Shown: positions 9,585-19,640 of the stretch, piece after piece
How positions within the stretch are numbered: position 1 is the stretch's first letter
Layout of the letters: each line of letters begins with the position of its first letter
Assembly (NCBI GenBank): GCA_964368095.1
Contig: CAYIZT010000001.1
Coordinates: 1 to 62,776, forward strand
Direction of reading: 5' to 3'
Source of the DNA: an uncultured Methanosarcinales archaeon
GTDB taxonomy: Archaea > Nanobdellota > Nanobdellia > Woesearchaeales > GW2011-AR9
Length of the DNA stretch: 62,776 bases
The notes under the pieces: model-generated
The model's database searches: none
What the model was told of the DNA's origin: nothing
What the model saw: the letters and a program-made list of their open reading frames with translations, nothing else
Made by a program: the position numbers and the translations under genes

Positions 9585-10853
9585 TTAAGAAAAATAAAAA
9601 TTGTTTGCCATGGTGGTGAAAGGTTCATATTTTGTAAGAGTTCTAATTCTGTTGGCAAAAGGAATCTTTCTATCTTCATCTAACAAGCGAGTTTCAGGGG
9701 TTTCACCTGATATAAATTGTGCTAATATCCTGCCGCAGTTAAAAGCATTAGGTAATCCTGGACTGTAAAGGCCTACATAATGATCAGGCTTATATTCTCC
9801 CGCAAATGGGATACTATCTATTGAAGCGGGAATGATTCCGCTCCAAACATGCGAGAACGGCACTTTACATAAATGAGGAAAGGTTTTCTCAAATAGTTTT
9901 CTGACATTTTGTGCATCTTTACCTGTTGGGATCGAAGGATTATTTCTTGCAGACCTTAGCGAAGTCAGCCTATCTGATCCTCCGATGAGTAAGCGGTTCT
10001 CGCCTACTGGCCTAAAATACATATAATCAACTTCTGGTGCATCCCATCCCATGTGTTCTCCGTTCTTGAAAGTTTGATGGTACTGTTCTGGGCTGAGTGG
10101 TTCCGTGACCGCTGCGACTGTGGATAAAAGTAAAGCTCTTCCGGTTAACATATTGTTTTCAAGCGACGGAGAACTGTTAGTCAAAACTAATTTTTGATAG
10201 TTGATATTTCCCCATAAAGTCAGGGCACTTTTTCTTTTTTCATCAAGACCAATAATTTTAGCCTGTTCATAGATCCGGACGCCTCTTTTTTCCAATATTT
10301 CTGCCATGGTTTGACAAAAGGCGACTGGATTTAAACAAAAACCTTCTCTATTTACCATAGCTCCATACGCAGTTATGGCATATTGTTCTTGTAATTGTTC
10401 CGGGCTTAACAATTCTACTTCAAAACCGGCTTCCTTTCTTGCTTCAAATTCACGTTTAACAGTACTAACTTGCTCTTTAAGGTCTGAGGCTAAATATAGG
10501 CTTGGCATTCTAGTAAGAGCGCAACTAAGGTTTTCTGTTTCAACAGCATCAACTATTCCTTTTATTCCTCTTCTGATCTGATTATATTCTTCTGGGCTAG
10601 TGTCGCTATAATCCTCCTCTACACTATCTACTAACAGTCCAGCTGATCGCCCAGTAGTTGAAAAACCCACTCTTCCAGAATCAACTACAGTTATGCAGGC
10701 GGGATCAATCTTTGTAGATAACGCGTAAGCGGTAGAAATACCGGTCATCCCTGCTCCCACGATAAGTATTCCTGCATCTATTGTTTGCTCTAGATTCTTC
10801 CTGCCAGGATATTCCTGCGCTTTATCTATAAAATAAGGGGTATTTTTAGCCAT
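9585..10853 (-). CDS. FAD-dependent oxidoreductase (DAO family)
   Basis: 422 aa with an N-terminal dinucleotide-binding motif ILIVGAGMTGISTAYAL. Confidence 0.7.
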   Translation of the reverse strand: MAKNTPYFIDKAQEYPGRKNLEQTIDAGILIVGAGMTGISTAYALSTKIDPACITVVDSGRVGFSTTGRSAGLLVDSVEEDYSDTSPEEYNQIRRGIKGIVDAVETENLSCALTRMPSLYLASDLKEQVSTVKREFEARKEAGFEVELLSPEQLQEQYAITAYGAMVNREGFCLNPVAFCQTMAEILEKRGVRIYEQAKIIGLDEKRKSALTLWGNINYQKLVLTNSSPSLENNMLTGRALLLSTVAAVTEPLSPEQYHQTFKNGEHMGWDAPEVDYMYFRPVGENRLLIGGSDRLTSLRSARNNPSIPTGKDAQNVRKLFEKTFPHLCKVPFSHVWSGIIPASIDSIPFAGEYKPDHYVGLYSPGLPNAFNCGRILAQFISGETPETRLLDEDRKIPFANRIRTLTKYEPFTTMANNFYFS

Positions 10854-11062
10854 CTTCTCTTTTGCTGCTTAAGCAGCTTATGCTCTTTAAAAGCTCCTAA
10901 GTATATAAACTTTACCGAATTAACTACTCTTAAGTGGCTACGCTTCTTTTTTGCCCTGAAAGTGTCATAAAAGCTTAATCTTAAATCACTTTTTTTATAG
11001 CAGGTATATTCATTATTATACTAAAAAATATATACTGGAGTTCATTATAGCTCTCTGTAGAG

Positions 11063-11362
11063 GTGGTAACTAGGATAAAACACGATATTTACTTACAAGA
11101 CCTCTGTGAAAAGGTCAAGAGTGATTACGATTCCTTATCTACCAATGTCCGTCTGTTTTCGAGAAAAGGCCGCGTTCTGGCCGAGATTGATCTTCTTGCC
11201 ATCCGCGAAAACTCCTGCCACGTATATGAAGTGAAATGCAGTTATCGCATCACCAAAGCCAGGAAACAATTACTGAGAATTAAACGCCTGATGCCCCAGG
11301 TTACGAACTTGTATTTCTTCTGCGGTGGATCAGGATTGCTGAAAGAAGTGGAAACGGAATGA
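11063..11362 (+). CDS. Small PD-(D/E)xK-like nuclease-fold protein (putative)
   Basis: 99 aa with a GTG start. The EIDLLA...YEVKC spacing resembles a D...E-x-K motif. Confidence 0.35.
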   Translation: MVTRIKHDIYLQDLCEKVKSDYDSLSTNVRLFSRKGRVLAEIDLLAIRENSCHVYEVKCSYRITKARKQLLRIKRLMPQVTNLYFFCGGSGLLKEVETE

Positions 11363-11406
11363 GTTTTTACGCAAAGCACATAAAAAGAAAAAAAATAAAT
11401 TATTGA

Positions 11407-11682
11407 TTATTTCTTTCCATGGTCAATCCAATTATGGATCAATGCATAGGTCCATCCAAAGACAAAACCAAAGACGGACGTCATCAGGACTAAATACAAG
11501 GCATGGAGCGGATTAAACTTGGTCAAAACAAAAACAGGGTTCAAGAAATGAACTTTGTATATCCAATCCAAGAAAGACTGCAGAGCATTTGGCATAACTG
11601 CAACAGTTAAGGCCCATACTAAATGAAGAACGGCCAAAAATCCGCCAAACGCCAATCCTATTTTATTTTTATTTAAGATCAC
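11407..11682 (-). CDS. Small membrane protein
   Basis: 91 aa with 3 hydrophobic helices. Confidence 0.45.
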   Translation of the reverse strand: MILNKNKIGLAFGGFLAVLHLVWALTVAVMPNALQSFLDWIYKVHFLNPVFVLTKFNPLHALYLVLMTSVFGFVFGWTYALIHNWIDHGKK

Positions 11683-11796
11683 TATTTCACCTCTTTTGAC
11701 TGATATTAAGAGAAATACTTTATTTAAATGTTAGCTTTTAATTACCGGCTAAAATAACATCACCACCTTTATAATAAATCTCTTCTTTTAACTCAT

Positions 11797-12894
11797 ATGG
11801 GTAAATTTTCCGATCTGGGTTTGAAAAAGGAAATAGTGGACGTTTTGTCTAGTTTGAATTTTAAGGAAGCCTTAGAAGTTCAAGACAAAATAATTCCCCT
11901 GGCCTTAAAAGGCAAAAATGTTGTTTTTACTTCCCGGACCGGCAGCGGGAAAACGTTAGCCTATCTTCTTGGATTTATCAGCAGGATCAATAAAAAATTA
12001 GGTATTCAGATGATAGTCTTGGTCCCAACCAGGGAATTATGTATCCAAGTCGGCAAAGAGATGACCAAAGTCTGCCAGCCTTTGGGGATAAAAGTGGGCA
12101 TGCTTTACGGCGGGCGGGAAATAGCTGGCGATTCTATCACTATCAACAAAAGAAACCATATCCTAGTGGGTACTCCGGGAAGATTGATCCAGCATGTCAA
12201 TGCTAAAAGGATTAAAGTTGGAGATGTTAAATATTTAGTATTTGATGAAAGTGACCAGATGTTTGACCATGGTTTTTTTGATGAATGCGTCTATCTTAAA
12301 AAAAGGGTAAGCAGCGATGCCCAGATCATCTTTTCTTCAGCTACCATCAATGAAAAAGTCAAGCACTTCATCGAGACAGAATTAACTGATTATGAACTGC
12401 TTAAAATTGGGGAATTAATACCTAAAAATATCGTCCAGGAAACATTCTTATGCACCATCGCCCAGAAAAAAGAGGTATTACTCCAATTTCTGCAAAAAAA
12501 TAAATTTAAACATATCATGATCTTTTGCAATAGGAAAGATAAGACCGTAGAAATCACCCGTTTTTTATCAGAGCATAACTATCGTGCCCGGGAACTAAAT
12601 AGCGATCTTACTCAAGACCAGCGTTTTAACACCTTAAATCTCTTCAAAGAAGGAAAGATACATATTTTAGTGACCAGCGATGTGGCTGCCAGAGGGATCC
12701 ATATCGAAAAAGTAGACGCGGTGTTAAATTATGATGTGCCTACAAAACCGGAATTTTACATCCACCGGATTGGCCGGACCGGCAGGCGGGATAAAGAGGG
12801 ATATTGTTTGACTTTGGTCTGTCCGGAGGATGAAGACCGCTTTAGGAACATTGAATATAATTATAGTTTAGATGTGAAGCAGAGGGCTGAGTGA
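11797..12894 (+). CDS. DEAD-box (DESD variant) RNA helicase
   Basis: Has a Q-motif region and the motifs SRTGSGKT, PTRELC, DESD, SAT, ARGIH and HRIGRTGR. Confidence 0.85.
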   Translation: MGKFSDLGLKKEIVDVLSSLNFKEALEVQDKIIPLALKGKNVVFTSRTGSGKTLAYLLGFISRINKKLGIQMIVLVPTRELCIQVGKEMTKVCQPLGIKVGMLYGGREIAGDSITINKRNHILVGTPGRLIQHVNAKRIKVGDVKYLVFDESDQMFDHGFFDECVYLKKRVSSDAQIIFSSATINEKVKHFIETELTDYELLKIGELIPKNIVQETFLCTIAQKKEVLLQFLQKNKFKHIMIFCNRKDKTVEITRFLSEHNYRARELNSDLTQDQRFNTLNLFKEGKIHILVTSDVAARGIHIEKVDAVLNYDVPTKPEFYIHRIGRTGRRDKEGYCLTLVCPEDEDRFRNIEYNYSLDVKQRAE

Positions 12895-13025
12895 GCTATT
12901 CTCTAAAACAACCATTCCAGAGGTACATTTTATAAAGAAAAACCCCTTTTATGTTGTTAAGTAGATCATTTAGAGCAGCGAATCTTCTTCGACGTTGATT
13001 AATGCACAGATATCAGGAGGAAATA

Positions 13026-13154
13026 ATGGATTATCAACTGGTCAAATATTGCCCTTTTTGCAAGGAAAGGTTTTTAGTGGATCGTAAAAAAACCAGAACG
13101 ACTTATTGTGAAAAATGTCAAAAGAAGTTCTTGGATAAGCCTATTGAGAAATAA
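13026..13154 (+). CDS. Small zinc-ribbon protein (42 aa, not in the ORF track)
   Basis: ATG preceded by AGGAGG. Translation is MDYQLVKYCPFCKERF...YCEKCQKKF, with two CxxC pairs. Confidence 0.4.
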   Translation: MDYQLVKYCPFCKERFLVDRKKTRTTYCEKCQKKFLDKPIEK

Positions 13155-13193
13155 AGATTTCTTATCAAGAATTGTGGATTAGATTTAATCGCT

Positions 13194-14077
13194 GTTATCT
13201 GTCCTGAGCCGAAGGCGAAAGTCTGCAAGACGTGGCGAGGAGCGGAACGAAGTGAGCACCGCAGAGTTAATTTGGAATTTGTGGGTGGTGGGAAGGGCGC
13301 AATTATTTAATACAGGTTAATAATGAAACATAATTATCATACGGTTTATTTTTAGATTTACTAACGGAAAAACTAATATCCTCTAGAATTTTGATAATTT
13401 CGGTCTCGGGAAGCCCATTTTCCATAATCATTTTTTCATTTTTTCTGCTAGTTCCCCATAGCTTTTCCCATTCTGTTTTGTATTCTGGCAACAATCCTTT
13501 AGATTCAGCTTCTCTTTCCAGATTCCCCATAACATAATCCATTACGCCTTGTATTGGTAATGGAATAGAAAGGGATAAGACTCCTCCTTTCTTCAAAACG
13601 CGATAATTTTCTGAAAGATAGCTTCTAATATTACAAACAAAGGGGATAACAAAAGATGAGGCAACACCATCAAAGTAGTTTTCAGAAAATGGCAATTTGT
13701 TTTCCAAATCAACTTCTTGAATTTGTAGTTGTTCTTTATATTCTTGGCATTTATTTCTTAATAAATCTAAAGCGTTTCTGTTATAATCAACTGCTACAAC
13801 TTTATGCCCATCTTCAAGAAGTTGCAATGTTAAGTTACCAGTTCCAGCACCACTATCTAAAACAGAATGGCATTCTCTTAATGTATTTCTATGAAAATCT
13901 AGCATGGCGCAATACTTGGAGTATGCCATCTGAAATGTGTCGTAAAAACGAAAATGGGCTTCCCAGTGTTCCATATAAAAAAGGAATATGTTGGTTTATT
14001 AAAAGTTATGGTTCGCGCCCTTCCGATTCTGGGGTGGGTGGTCGGGGGCTACAAATTCTAAATTAATTACAGATAAC
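13194..14077. repeat. Imperfect inverted repeats bracketing the methyltransferase gene
   Basis: Each left-hand segment matches the reverse complement of a right-hand one: GTTATCTGT (13194-13202) with 14069-14077, AGTTAATTTGGAATTTGT (13265-13282) with 14051-14068 (2 mismatches), and GGAAGGGCGC (13291-13300) with 14015-14024. G-rich tracts lie on the + strand of both flanks. Confidence 0.5.
13303..13974 (-). CDS. Class I SAM-dependent methyltransferase
   Basis: 223 aa. Motif I is VLDSGAGTGNLT, and an acidic residue ends beta-2 (VVAVDYN). Confidence 0.7.
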   Translation of the reverse strand: MEHWEAHFRFYDTFQMAYSKYCAMLDFHRNTLRECHSVLDSGAGTGNLTLQLLEDGHKVVAVDYNRNALDLLRNKCQEYKEQLQIQEVDLENKLPFSENYFDGVASSFVIPFVCNIRSYLSENYRVLKKGGVLSLSIPLPIQGVMDYVMGNLEREAESKGLLPEYKTEWEKLWGTSRKNEKMIMENGLPETEIIKILEDISFSVSKSKNKPYDNYVSLLTCIK

Positions 14078-14326
14078 TCATTATAACCAAGATTGCCTAA
14101 TTTTGGTCTTATAATGGTTATAGGGCTCATTTTTATTGTTCATAACTCTGAGCTGATTATTGTGTAGTAAAAAATAAACTACTTTCATACCACTGGACAT
14201 CCACTAGACAAGATCAAAAAGGCTTGGTTCTTGAAAATTCTCTACCTTTAGACAATTCATGCCTCCCTTTTCATGCACTGGACAGGTGCGGCTTACATTT
14301 TTAAACCAAACTCATTCTCAACAATC

Positions 14327-16564
14327 ATGCTCCGCAATTTCACTCCCCGTCTCTACCAGCAGACCATCCTCGGAACTGCCGCCAGGCATAATACCCTAGT
14401 GGTCCTTCCGACCGGCTTAGGAAAGACTGCCATCGCTTTTCTCTTGACTGTCCAAAGATTGTATAATTATCCTAACTCTAAAATCCTCATGTTAGCTCCC
14501 ACTAAACCGTTATGCGAACAGCACGTGGAAAGTTTCCGTGAACACTTAGATATTCTCCCAGAAAAAATAGTCCTTTTTACCGGCAGTGTCGCTCCCGAGA
14601 AGCGTGCTCAATTGTGGAAAGAAGCGCAGATTATCATCTCCACGCCGCAAGGCTTGGAAAATGACATTATCAACAACCGCATCAATCTGAAAGAGGTTTC
14701 TCTATTGATTTTTGACGAAGCGCATCATGCTACAGGAGAATACGCTTACGTCTGGATTGCAAGCCAATATGACAAGACTTCTTCCGCCGCCAGGATTTTG
14801 GCTTTGACTGCCTCTCCCGGCAGTGATTTAGAAACAGTGAAAGAAGTCACCACTAACCTTAAAATAGAAAAAGTAGAAGTGAGAACAGAAAAAGATGCCG
14901 ATGTCAAACCGTACATACAAAAGACTCACAAAAAATGGGTAGAAGTAGAATTTCCGGCTGAATTTAAGAAAATCCAGACGCTCCTCAAAGACTGCCGCAG
15001 ATCGAAGCTGATCGAAGCACAGCATTTAGGTTACTGTAGTGATGTAGAGATGTCCAAAGGTTCTTTGTTAGCGCTGCAGTTAGAGATACAAAAGAAATTA
15101 TCTTCTGGATTCAGAGACTTTGAACTTATGCGTTCCATATCCTTGATCGCGGAAGCGATGAAAGTCGATCACGCTCTCGAATTATTAGAAACACAGGGCA
15201 TAAAGCAATTACACTTATATTTCAAAAAAATGCAGCAGGAAGCGTTAACTTCCAAGGTTAAAGCGGTGCAAAACCTGATGCAGGATGAGCTGTTCAAATC
15301 CTCGATCTATTTCATAGAAGAATTAGTCAACCAAAATGTTGTCCACCCTAAGCTGCTTAAACTGAAAGATATCCTGCAGGAAACTATCAGTAAAGATAAG
15401 AAAGCAAAGATGATCATCTTCACCCAATTCCGTGACTCTGCGGAAGAGATTGTAAAAAGTATTGACGAATTAAACATACCAAACCATATCTTTGTGGGCC
15501 AGGCCAAGAAGAACGGTTTAGGATTTTCACAAAAACAGCAAAAGGAAATTCTGGATAAATTCAGCGCTGGGGAATTTAATATTTTGATCGCGACCTCAGT
15601 AGCAGAAGAAGGATTAGATATCCCAAAAGTTGAAAAAGTAATTTTTTATGAGCCTATTCCGAGCGCTATCCGCTCCATTCAGCGCCGGGGGAGAACAGGC
15701 AGATTGGAAGAAGGGGAAGTTACTATTCTTTTTACTAAAGGGACCAGGGACGAAATCTACAGATGGAGCGCGCACCATAAAGAAAAAAGGATGTATCGCA
15801 ATCTGGACCAATTAAAGAAAGAATTTTCCTTGCATAAGGCCGAACAGGATTCAACAGCTAACAATGCATACGATAATCACAGCAACAACACTCTTACAAA
15901 ATTCATAGCCCAGGAACAGGTAGTCGCGGTCCTTGCCGATCATCGTGAGAAAAACAACCGCGTGGTGAAAGAACTTATCGATGCCGGCGTTTCCGTAAAG
16001 ACGGCGCAACTAACTACTGCGGATTATGTTGTTTCAGGCAAAGTAGGAGTGGAATTGAAAAAGGTGCCCGATTTTGTCGCATCCATAATTGACGGCAGAA
16101 TTCTCGACCAGATGCGGGACCTAAAAAATTCTTTCCAGAAAGCAGTATTGATCATTGAAGGGGAAGAGGATATTTATTCAGTCAGGAATGTCCACCCCAA
16201 TGCTATCCGCGGGATGTTGGCTTCGGTCGTATTGGATTTCCACGTTCCGGTGTTGTATACTAAAAATCCGCAGGATACTGCTGCCTTATTAGCAGTGATG
16301 GCTAAACGTGAGCAAGGCAAAGAGATTGATTTTACACTTCATCCGCTCAAACCAAAATCCATATGTGAGCAGCAGGAATTCATTGTTTCTGCATTTCCAA
16401 ATATCGGAGTGCAGACCGCCCGTGTGTTGTTGGAACATTTTGGCAGCATTAAAAATTTGGTGAATGCGCCAGAAGAGCAATTGACGGAACTAAAAGGTAT
16501 TGGTGATAAGACCGCTAAACAGTTAATTAAGATGTTTGAAGAGGAGTATAAGAAGAAAGAATAA
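14327..16564 (+). CDS. hef: Hef helicase/ERCC4 nuclease (archaeal XPF/FANCM homologue)
   Basis: SF2 helicase motifs (PTGLGKT, DEAH, TASPG, QRRGRTGR), a C-terminal ERCC4 nuclease region (ADYVVS...GVELKK) and an HhH2 tail (LKGIGDKTAKQL). The track ORF starts at 14273. The ATG at 14327 (MLRNFTPRLYQ) fits the family N-terminus. Confidence 0.85.
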   Translation: MLRNFTPRLYQQTILGTAARHNTLVVLPTGLGKTAIAFLLTVQRLYNYPNSKILMLAPTKPLCEQHVESFREHLDILPEKIVLFTGSVAPEKRAQLWKEAQIIISTPQGLENDIINNRINLKEVSLLIFDEAHHATGEYAYVWIASQYDKTSSAARILALTASPGSDLETVKEVTTNLKIEKVEVRTEKDADVKPYIQKTHKKWVEVEFPAEFKKIQTLLKDCRRSKLIEAQHLGYCSDVEMSKGSLLALQLEIQKKLSSGFRDFELMRSISLIAEAMKVDHALELLETQGIKQLHLYFKKMQQEALTSKVKAVQNLMQDELFKSSIYFIEELVNQNVVHPKLLKLKDILQETISKDKKAKMIIFTQFRDSAEEIVKSIDELNIPNHIFVGQAKKNGLGFSQKQQKEILDKFSAGEFNILIATSVAEEGLDIPKVEKVIFYEPIPSAIRSIQRRGRTGRLEEGEVTILFTKGTRDEIYRWSAHHKEKRMYRNLDQLKKEFSLHKAEQDSTANNAYDNHSNNTLTKFIAQEQVVAVLADHREKNNRVVKELIDAGVSVKTAQLTTADYVVSGKVGVELKKVPDFVASIIDGRILDQMRDLKNSFQKAVLIIEGEEDIYSVRNVHPNAIRGMLASVVLDFHVPVLYTKNPQDTAALLAVMAKREQGKEIDFTLHPLKPKSICEQQEFIVSAFPNIGVQTARVLLEHFGSIKNLVNAPEEQLTELKGIGDKTAKQLIKMFEEEYKKKE

Positions 16565-16622
16565 ATGTTTTTAAAATAAGCTGGATAGGATTTGTATAGA
16601 TTAGTATACATTAAATAACTTA

Positions 16623-17537
16623 TCATAATTGCAATTCCCCATAATTTTTCATAAATGGATCTTTATAGCATAATTTTCCATTCCCTACGTCCATTATAAT
16701 CTGCAGGATAGATCCAAAACCAATCTCTTGTTGATAAAAAATAGGAACATTAATGTGGCTATCTTGTAAAATAAAATCCAAGTTTTTAGACTTTTTTAAC
16801 AAGCTTACTGCTCTTTTTAATCTTGAACAAGAGTTATCACTTAAGAAATCCGGATGGACCAGATGATTGGTGTGAGCACAATATTTTATTCCATTTTTGT
16901 TTTCAACAGAGCCGTAAACATTGACATTAGAAGTAGTAACCTCCGCATCTACTACATTTCTGCCGTCGCTTATAAGGAAGTTTACTGAAGTCGCTCTCTC
17001 TATACTTTTTAAATAGTCTAAAGTTTCATTTAAGCTCTTGCATCGTAATAAATCTCTTCTCATATGAGAAACAGGTATTCCACCCTGAACCGGTCCAGCT
17101 ACTACATTTGTGCAAAAAGAAATATGTTTATTCATTCCCATTAACGTTAAATACGGCGGCATAGTCACATATAATGCATCTTGTTCTTTAACTAGAGAAA
17201 GATCGACTGTAAACAAGTCCAAGGTTTGTGCGATGACACCATCAAGACTTACAGATGTACAACCAAACCCCTCGGGCAGTCCTTGAGAATGCAATATTTC
17301 ATCTCCAAGATTTATCCCTTCTACTAATTCTAAGGGCAGTCTGGTAATTTGGCTTATTTCTCGAATTATTTTTACATTATCTTCTCCTGATACCTTGAAT
17401 TTAGGGTTCTTTTTCCTGAATCCCTCTGGGGAAAAATGAAATATTTTATTAAACAGATCAGCATTAGAACGTGCTTTAGATATGTAAAGATCCAGCCCTT
17501 CTTTAGTGCAAAAATCAAAATAAGATATCTGCTGCAT
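16623..17537 (-). CDS. Peptidase C45 / acyl-CoA:6-APA acyltransferase-like Ntn hydrolase (putative)
   Basis: 304 aa. GFGCTSV is a Gly-Cys nucleophile site and AHTNH is a family-like motif. Confidence 0.45.
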   Translation of the reverse strand: MQQISYFDFCTKEGLDLYISKARSNADLFNKIFHFSPEGFRKKNPKFKVSGEDNVKIIREISQITRLPLELVEGINLGDEILHSQGLPEGFGCTSVSLDGVIAQTLDLFTVDLSLVKEQDALYVTMPPYLTLMGMNKHISFCTNVVAGPVQGGIPVSHMRRDLLRCKSLNETLDYLKSIERATSVNFLISDGRNVVDAEVTTSNVNVYGSVENKNGIKYCAHTNHLVHPDFLSDNSCSRLKRAVSLLKKSKNLDFILQDSHINVPIFYQQEIGFGSILQIIMDVGNGKLCYKDPFMKNYGELQL

Positions 17538-17653
17538 CAGTAAAATGATAATTTAGCAGTTTAAAAAACTATATGTCCAAGTTTTTCTAGATCTTTACGC
17601 AAAGGAAAAGCAGAAAAAGACGCTTTACAACGCTTTCCTGACAAGACTTCCTT

Positions 17654-18382
17654 TCATTTAATACTTCCTTCCTGCCACTTTTTTAAGAACAATCTCGCTG
17701 CCGCATCTAAATCCAATTCTTTGCCCTTCTTCACTTTCTTGAAGATGACTGCTATTTTATCCAGAATCTCTTCGGTATCATCTTCTTCTATGCCAAAATG
17801 TTTCTTTATGCGTTCTTTCTCTTCTTCAATAATGCGCATCGCCACATATTCCGGATCTTTTATCTTGCCTGAAGAAATAGCGCTGGTCTTCCCAAATTTA
17901 GCGATATCTTTTTCTTCTTTTGGAAATACTCCCGGCGTATCGATTAGCATTATTTTGCTATCCACTCTCACTTTTTGCAATCCTTTGGTAAACCCGCTTT
18001 CCGAAGAAGTACGGGCTGATCCTCGTCCTGATAAAGCATTGATCAAGGAAGATTTTCCTACGTTAGGATAACCTAAAACACCTACGGTAACTCTTTCTCC
18101 GTGGGACAGCTCCAGGATTTTTTTCTTAAGTATGGTTGTTCCTAAACGTTCCTTGCTGGATATGAACACGGACGGTTGTAACTCTTTGCTTTTTTCTTTC
18201 AATTCATCAATATTGGTCAAGTCACATTTATTCAGCACATACAATATCTTCTTGCCGGAAGAATGCACTTTATATTCAATTTCCCGGTTTCTGGTCTCTT
18301 CTATGAACCGTGCATCCAGTACTTCGATGATGATATCTGCTTCCCTGAGCACTTCATTGACATGCTTCCAGAATGTTGGCAT
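17654..18382 (-). CDS. Circularly permuted GTPase (YlqF/MJ1464-like)
   Basis: Motif order is G4 NKCD, then G1 GYPNVGKSS, then G3 DTPG. Confidence 0.75.
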   Translation of the reverse strand: MPTFWKHVNEVLREADIIIEVLDARFIEETRNREIEYKVHSSGKKILYVLNKCDLTNIDELKEKSKELQPSVFISSKERLGTTILKKKILELSHGERVTVGVLGYPNVGKSSLINALSGRGSARTSSESGFTKGLQKVRVDSKIMLIDTPGVFPKEEKDIAKFGKTSAISSGKIKDPEYVAMRIIEEEKERIKKHFGIEEDDTEEILDKIAVIFKKVKKGKELDLDAAARLFLKKWQEGSIK

Positions 18383-18434
18383 ATATCGATGCCGGTACGC
18401 AAATTTATAAATATTCCTGACAAATGAGCAGATT

Positions 18435-18617
18435 ATGTCTTCTGAAGAACAGCAACAGCAGCTCCGTCAACAGCACCTCCAGCTCATGGATGAGTGCGTG
18501 CAGGATGCGAAATATATCGCTATAAAACACGGCATAAATCAAGAAGATGTTGTCGCTACTCTTGCAGCTGCATTGTTCAAAGAAAGGGTAATAAAAGAAG
18601 AAATTTTAAAAGACTAA
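18435..18617 (+). CDS. Hypothetical small protein
   Basis: 60-aa ORF with a Gln-rich N-terminus. Confidence 0.3.
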   Translation: MSSEEQQQQLRQQHLQLMDECVQDAKYIAIKHGINQEDVVATLAAALFKERVIKEEILKD

Positions 18618-18621
18618 ACTT

Positions 18622-19065
18622 TCAATTCTTCATATGTTTCTTCAAGAAGCTCTCAAACTTCTCAACTTCGTCTTTAGTATTAAAGAACAATAAATGTTTC
18701 TTTCCCTTGCGAGTCAATAAGTAACCCCCCAAGAATGTCTTATCCAACTTGTGATGGGCAATCTCTTTCAAGGGAGCTTTCTCTTTTTTTGTCCCACTTC
18801 GCTTCTTGCGCACCACTTCCAGATGCTTCTTGGTGAGCTTGTAATGTTCTTCCACCCGTCTCCATCGCTGTATACCATAAGAAGTAAGAAAGTAAAGCGC
18901 TAAAAATAAAATGGTAAACAAAGTACTTAACTGCCAGGAACCTTTGGATTGCAAGTAAGCAAATAAGTATACTGACAGAGCCAGAAAAGCTACCAGCACT
19001 ATTTCTAAACGCATCACTAAAAATTCCTTTTTAGGAAATTTCCAAGTTAAAGTAGTTGATTTCAT
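18622..19065 (-). CDS. Membrane protein
   Basis: 147 aa with two hydrophobic helices followed by a basic tail. Confidence 0.45.
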   Translation of the reverse strand: MKSTTLTWKFPKKEFLVMRLEIVLVAFLALSVYLFAYLQSKGSWQLSTLFTILFLALYFLTSYGIQRWRRVEEHYKLTKKHLEVVRKKRSGTKKEKAPLKEIAHHKLDKTFLGGYLLTRKGKKHLLFFNTKDEVEKFESFLKKHMKN

Positions 19066-19066
19066 T

Positions 19067-19288
19067 CTATAGGGAAGGCGCTTTGGTCATGCTTACCATG
19101 GAAGCGATGAACATGGCGATAAATACGGTCATAAAGGCAAATTTGTAGTTAGTATCATTAATCAGATACGCCGTGATAAGAAAACCAATTATAGATAAGA
19201 CCATGAAACTCCCTTTTAAAGGGACAGCATGCCATCTTGGCGGAGTTTGTTTCACAGAACTTTTGCGGCGTACGTTCTTCCTAACCAT
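19067..19288 (-). CDS. Small membrane protein
   Basis: 73 aa with two hydrophobic helices. It lies adjacent to 18622..19065. Confidence 0.45.
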   Translation of the reverse strand: MVRKNVRRKSSVKQTPPRWHAVPLKGSFMVLSIIGFLITAYLINDTNYKFAFMTVFIAMFIASMVSMTKAPSL

Positions 19289-19346
19289 ATTCCTATAACC
19301 TCTTTATTAGAAAGAATATTTTGTGGTATTTAAAGTTTTGGGAAAC

Positions 19347-19589
19347 CTACCTGCTCTTAAAAATAAACTTATCTACTTCTTTCCTGGCTTTTTCCCTTTG
19401 TTTCTGATGCTCGGCCAAGAATCCATTGATCTTCTCAATAAGGATAGCTTTCAATTCTCCAGAAAGCAGCTTTCCAGACTTATAATCATCATAAACTTTT
19501 TTCAGCTTCTTGTCATCAAACTCAAAGTAGCGCAGCCATTGATAGGCGATATCAATATCTGGGTTTCCTCCTTTCTTGCGATTTTTAGG
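19347..19589 (-). pseudogene. Relic of a TrpRS C-terminal domain (no start codon)
   Basis: The minus-strand frame reads PKNRKKGGNPDIDIAYQWLRYFEFDDKKLKKVYDDYKSGKLLSGELKAILIEKINGFLAEHQKQREKARKEVDKFIFKSR*. It aligns with the last ~77 aa of the trpS product (RKKGGNPDIDVAFQMLRYGLEPDDKKLEKIYDDYKKGKLLSGELKQITIEKITAFLKEHQQKRKEAEKVVQKF). An in-frame stop lies upstream with no ATG. Confidence 0.6.
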
Positions 19590-19640
19590 AAAAATAAGGA
19601 AATAAATAAACTATTTAAATGAGTGCACTATCAAAAGTGT

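Noticed and set aside
19323-19622. 99-aa plus-strand ORF
   Set aside because: The opposite strand carries the TrpRS C-terminal relic with clear homology, so this ORF is its antisense shadow.
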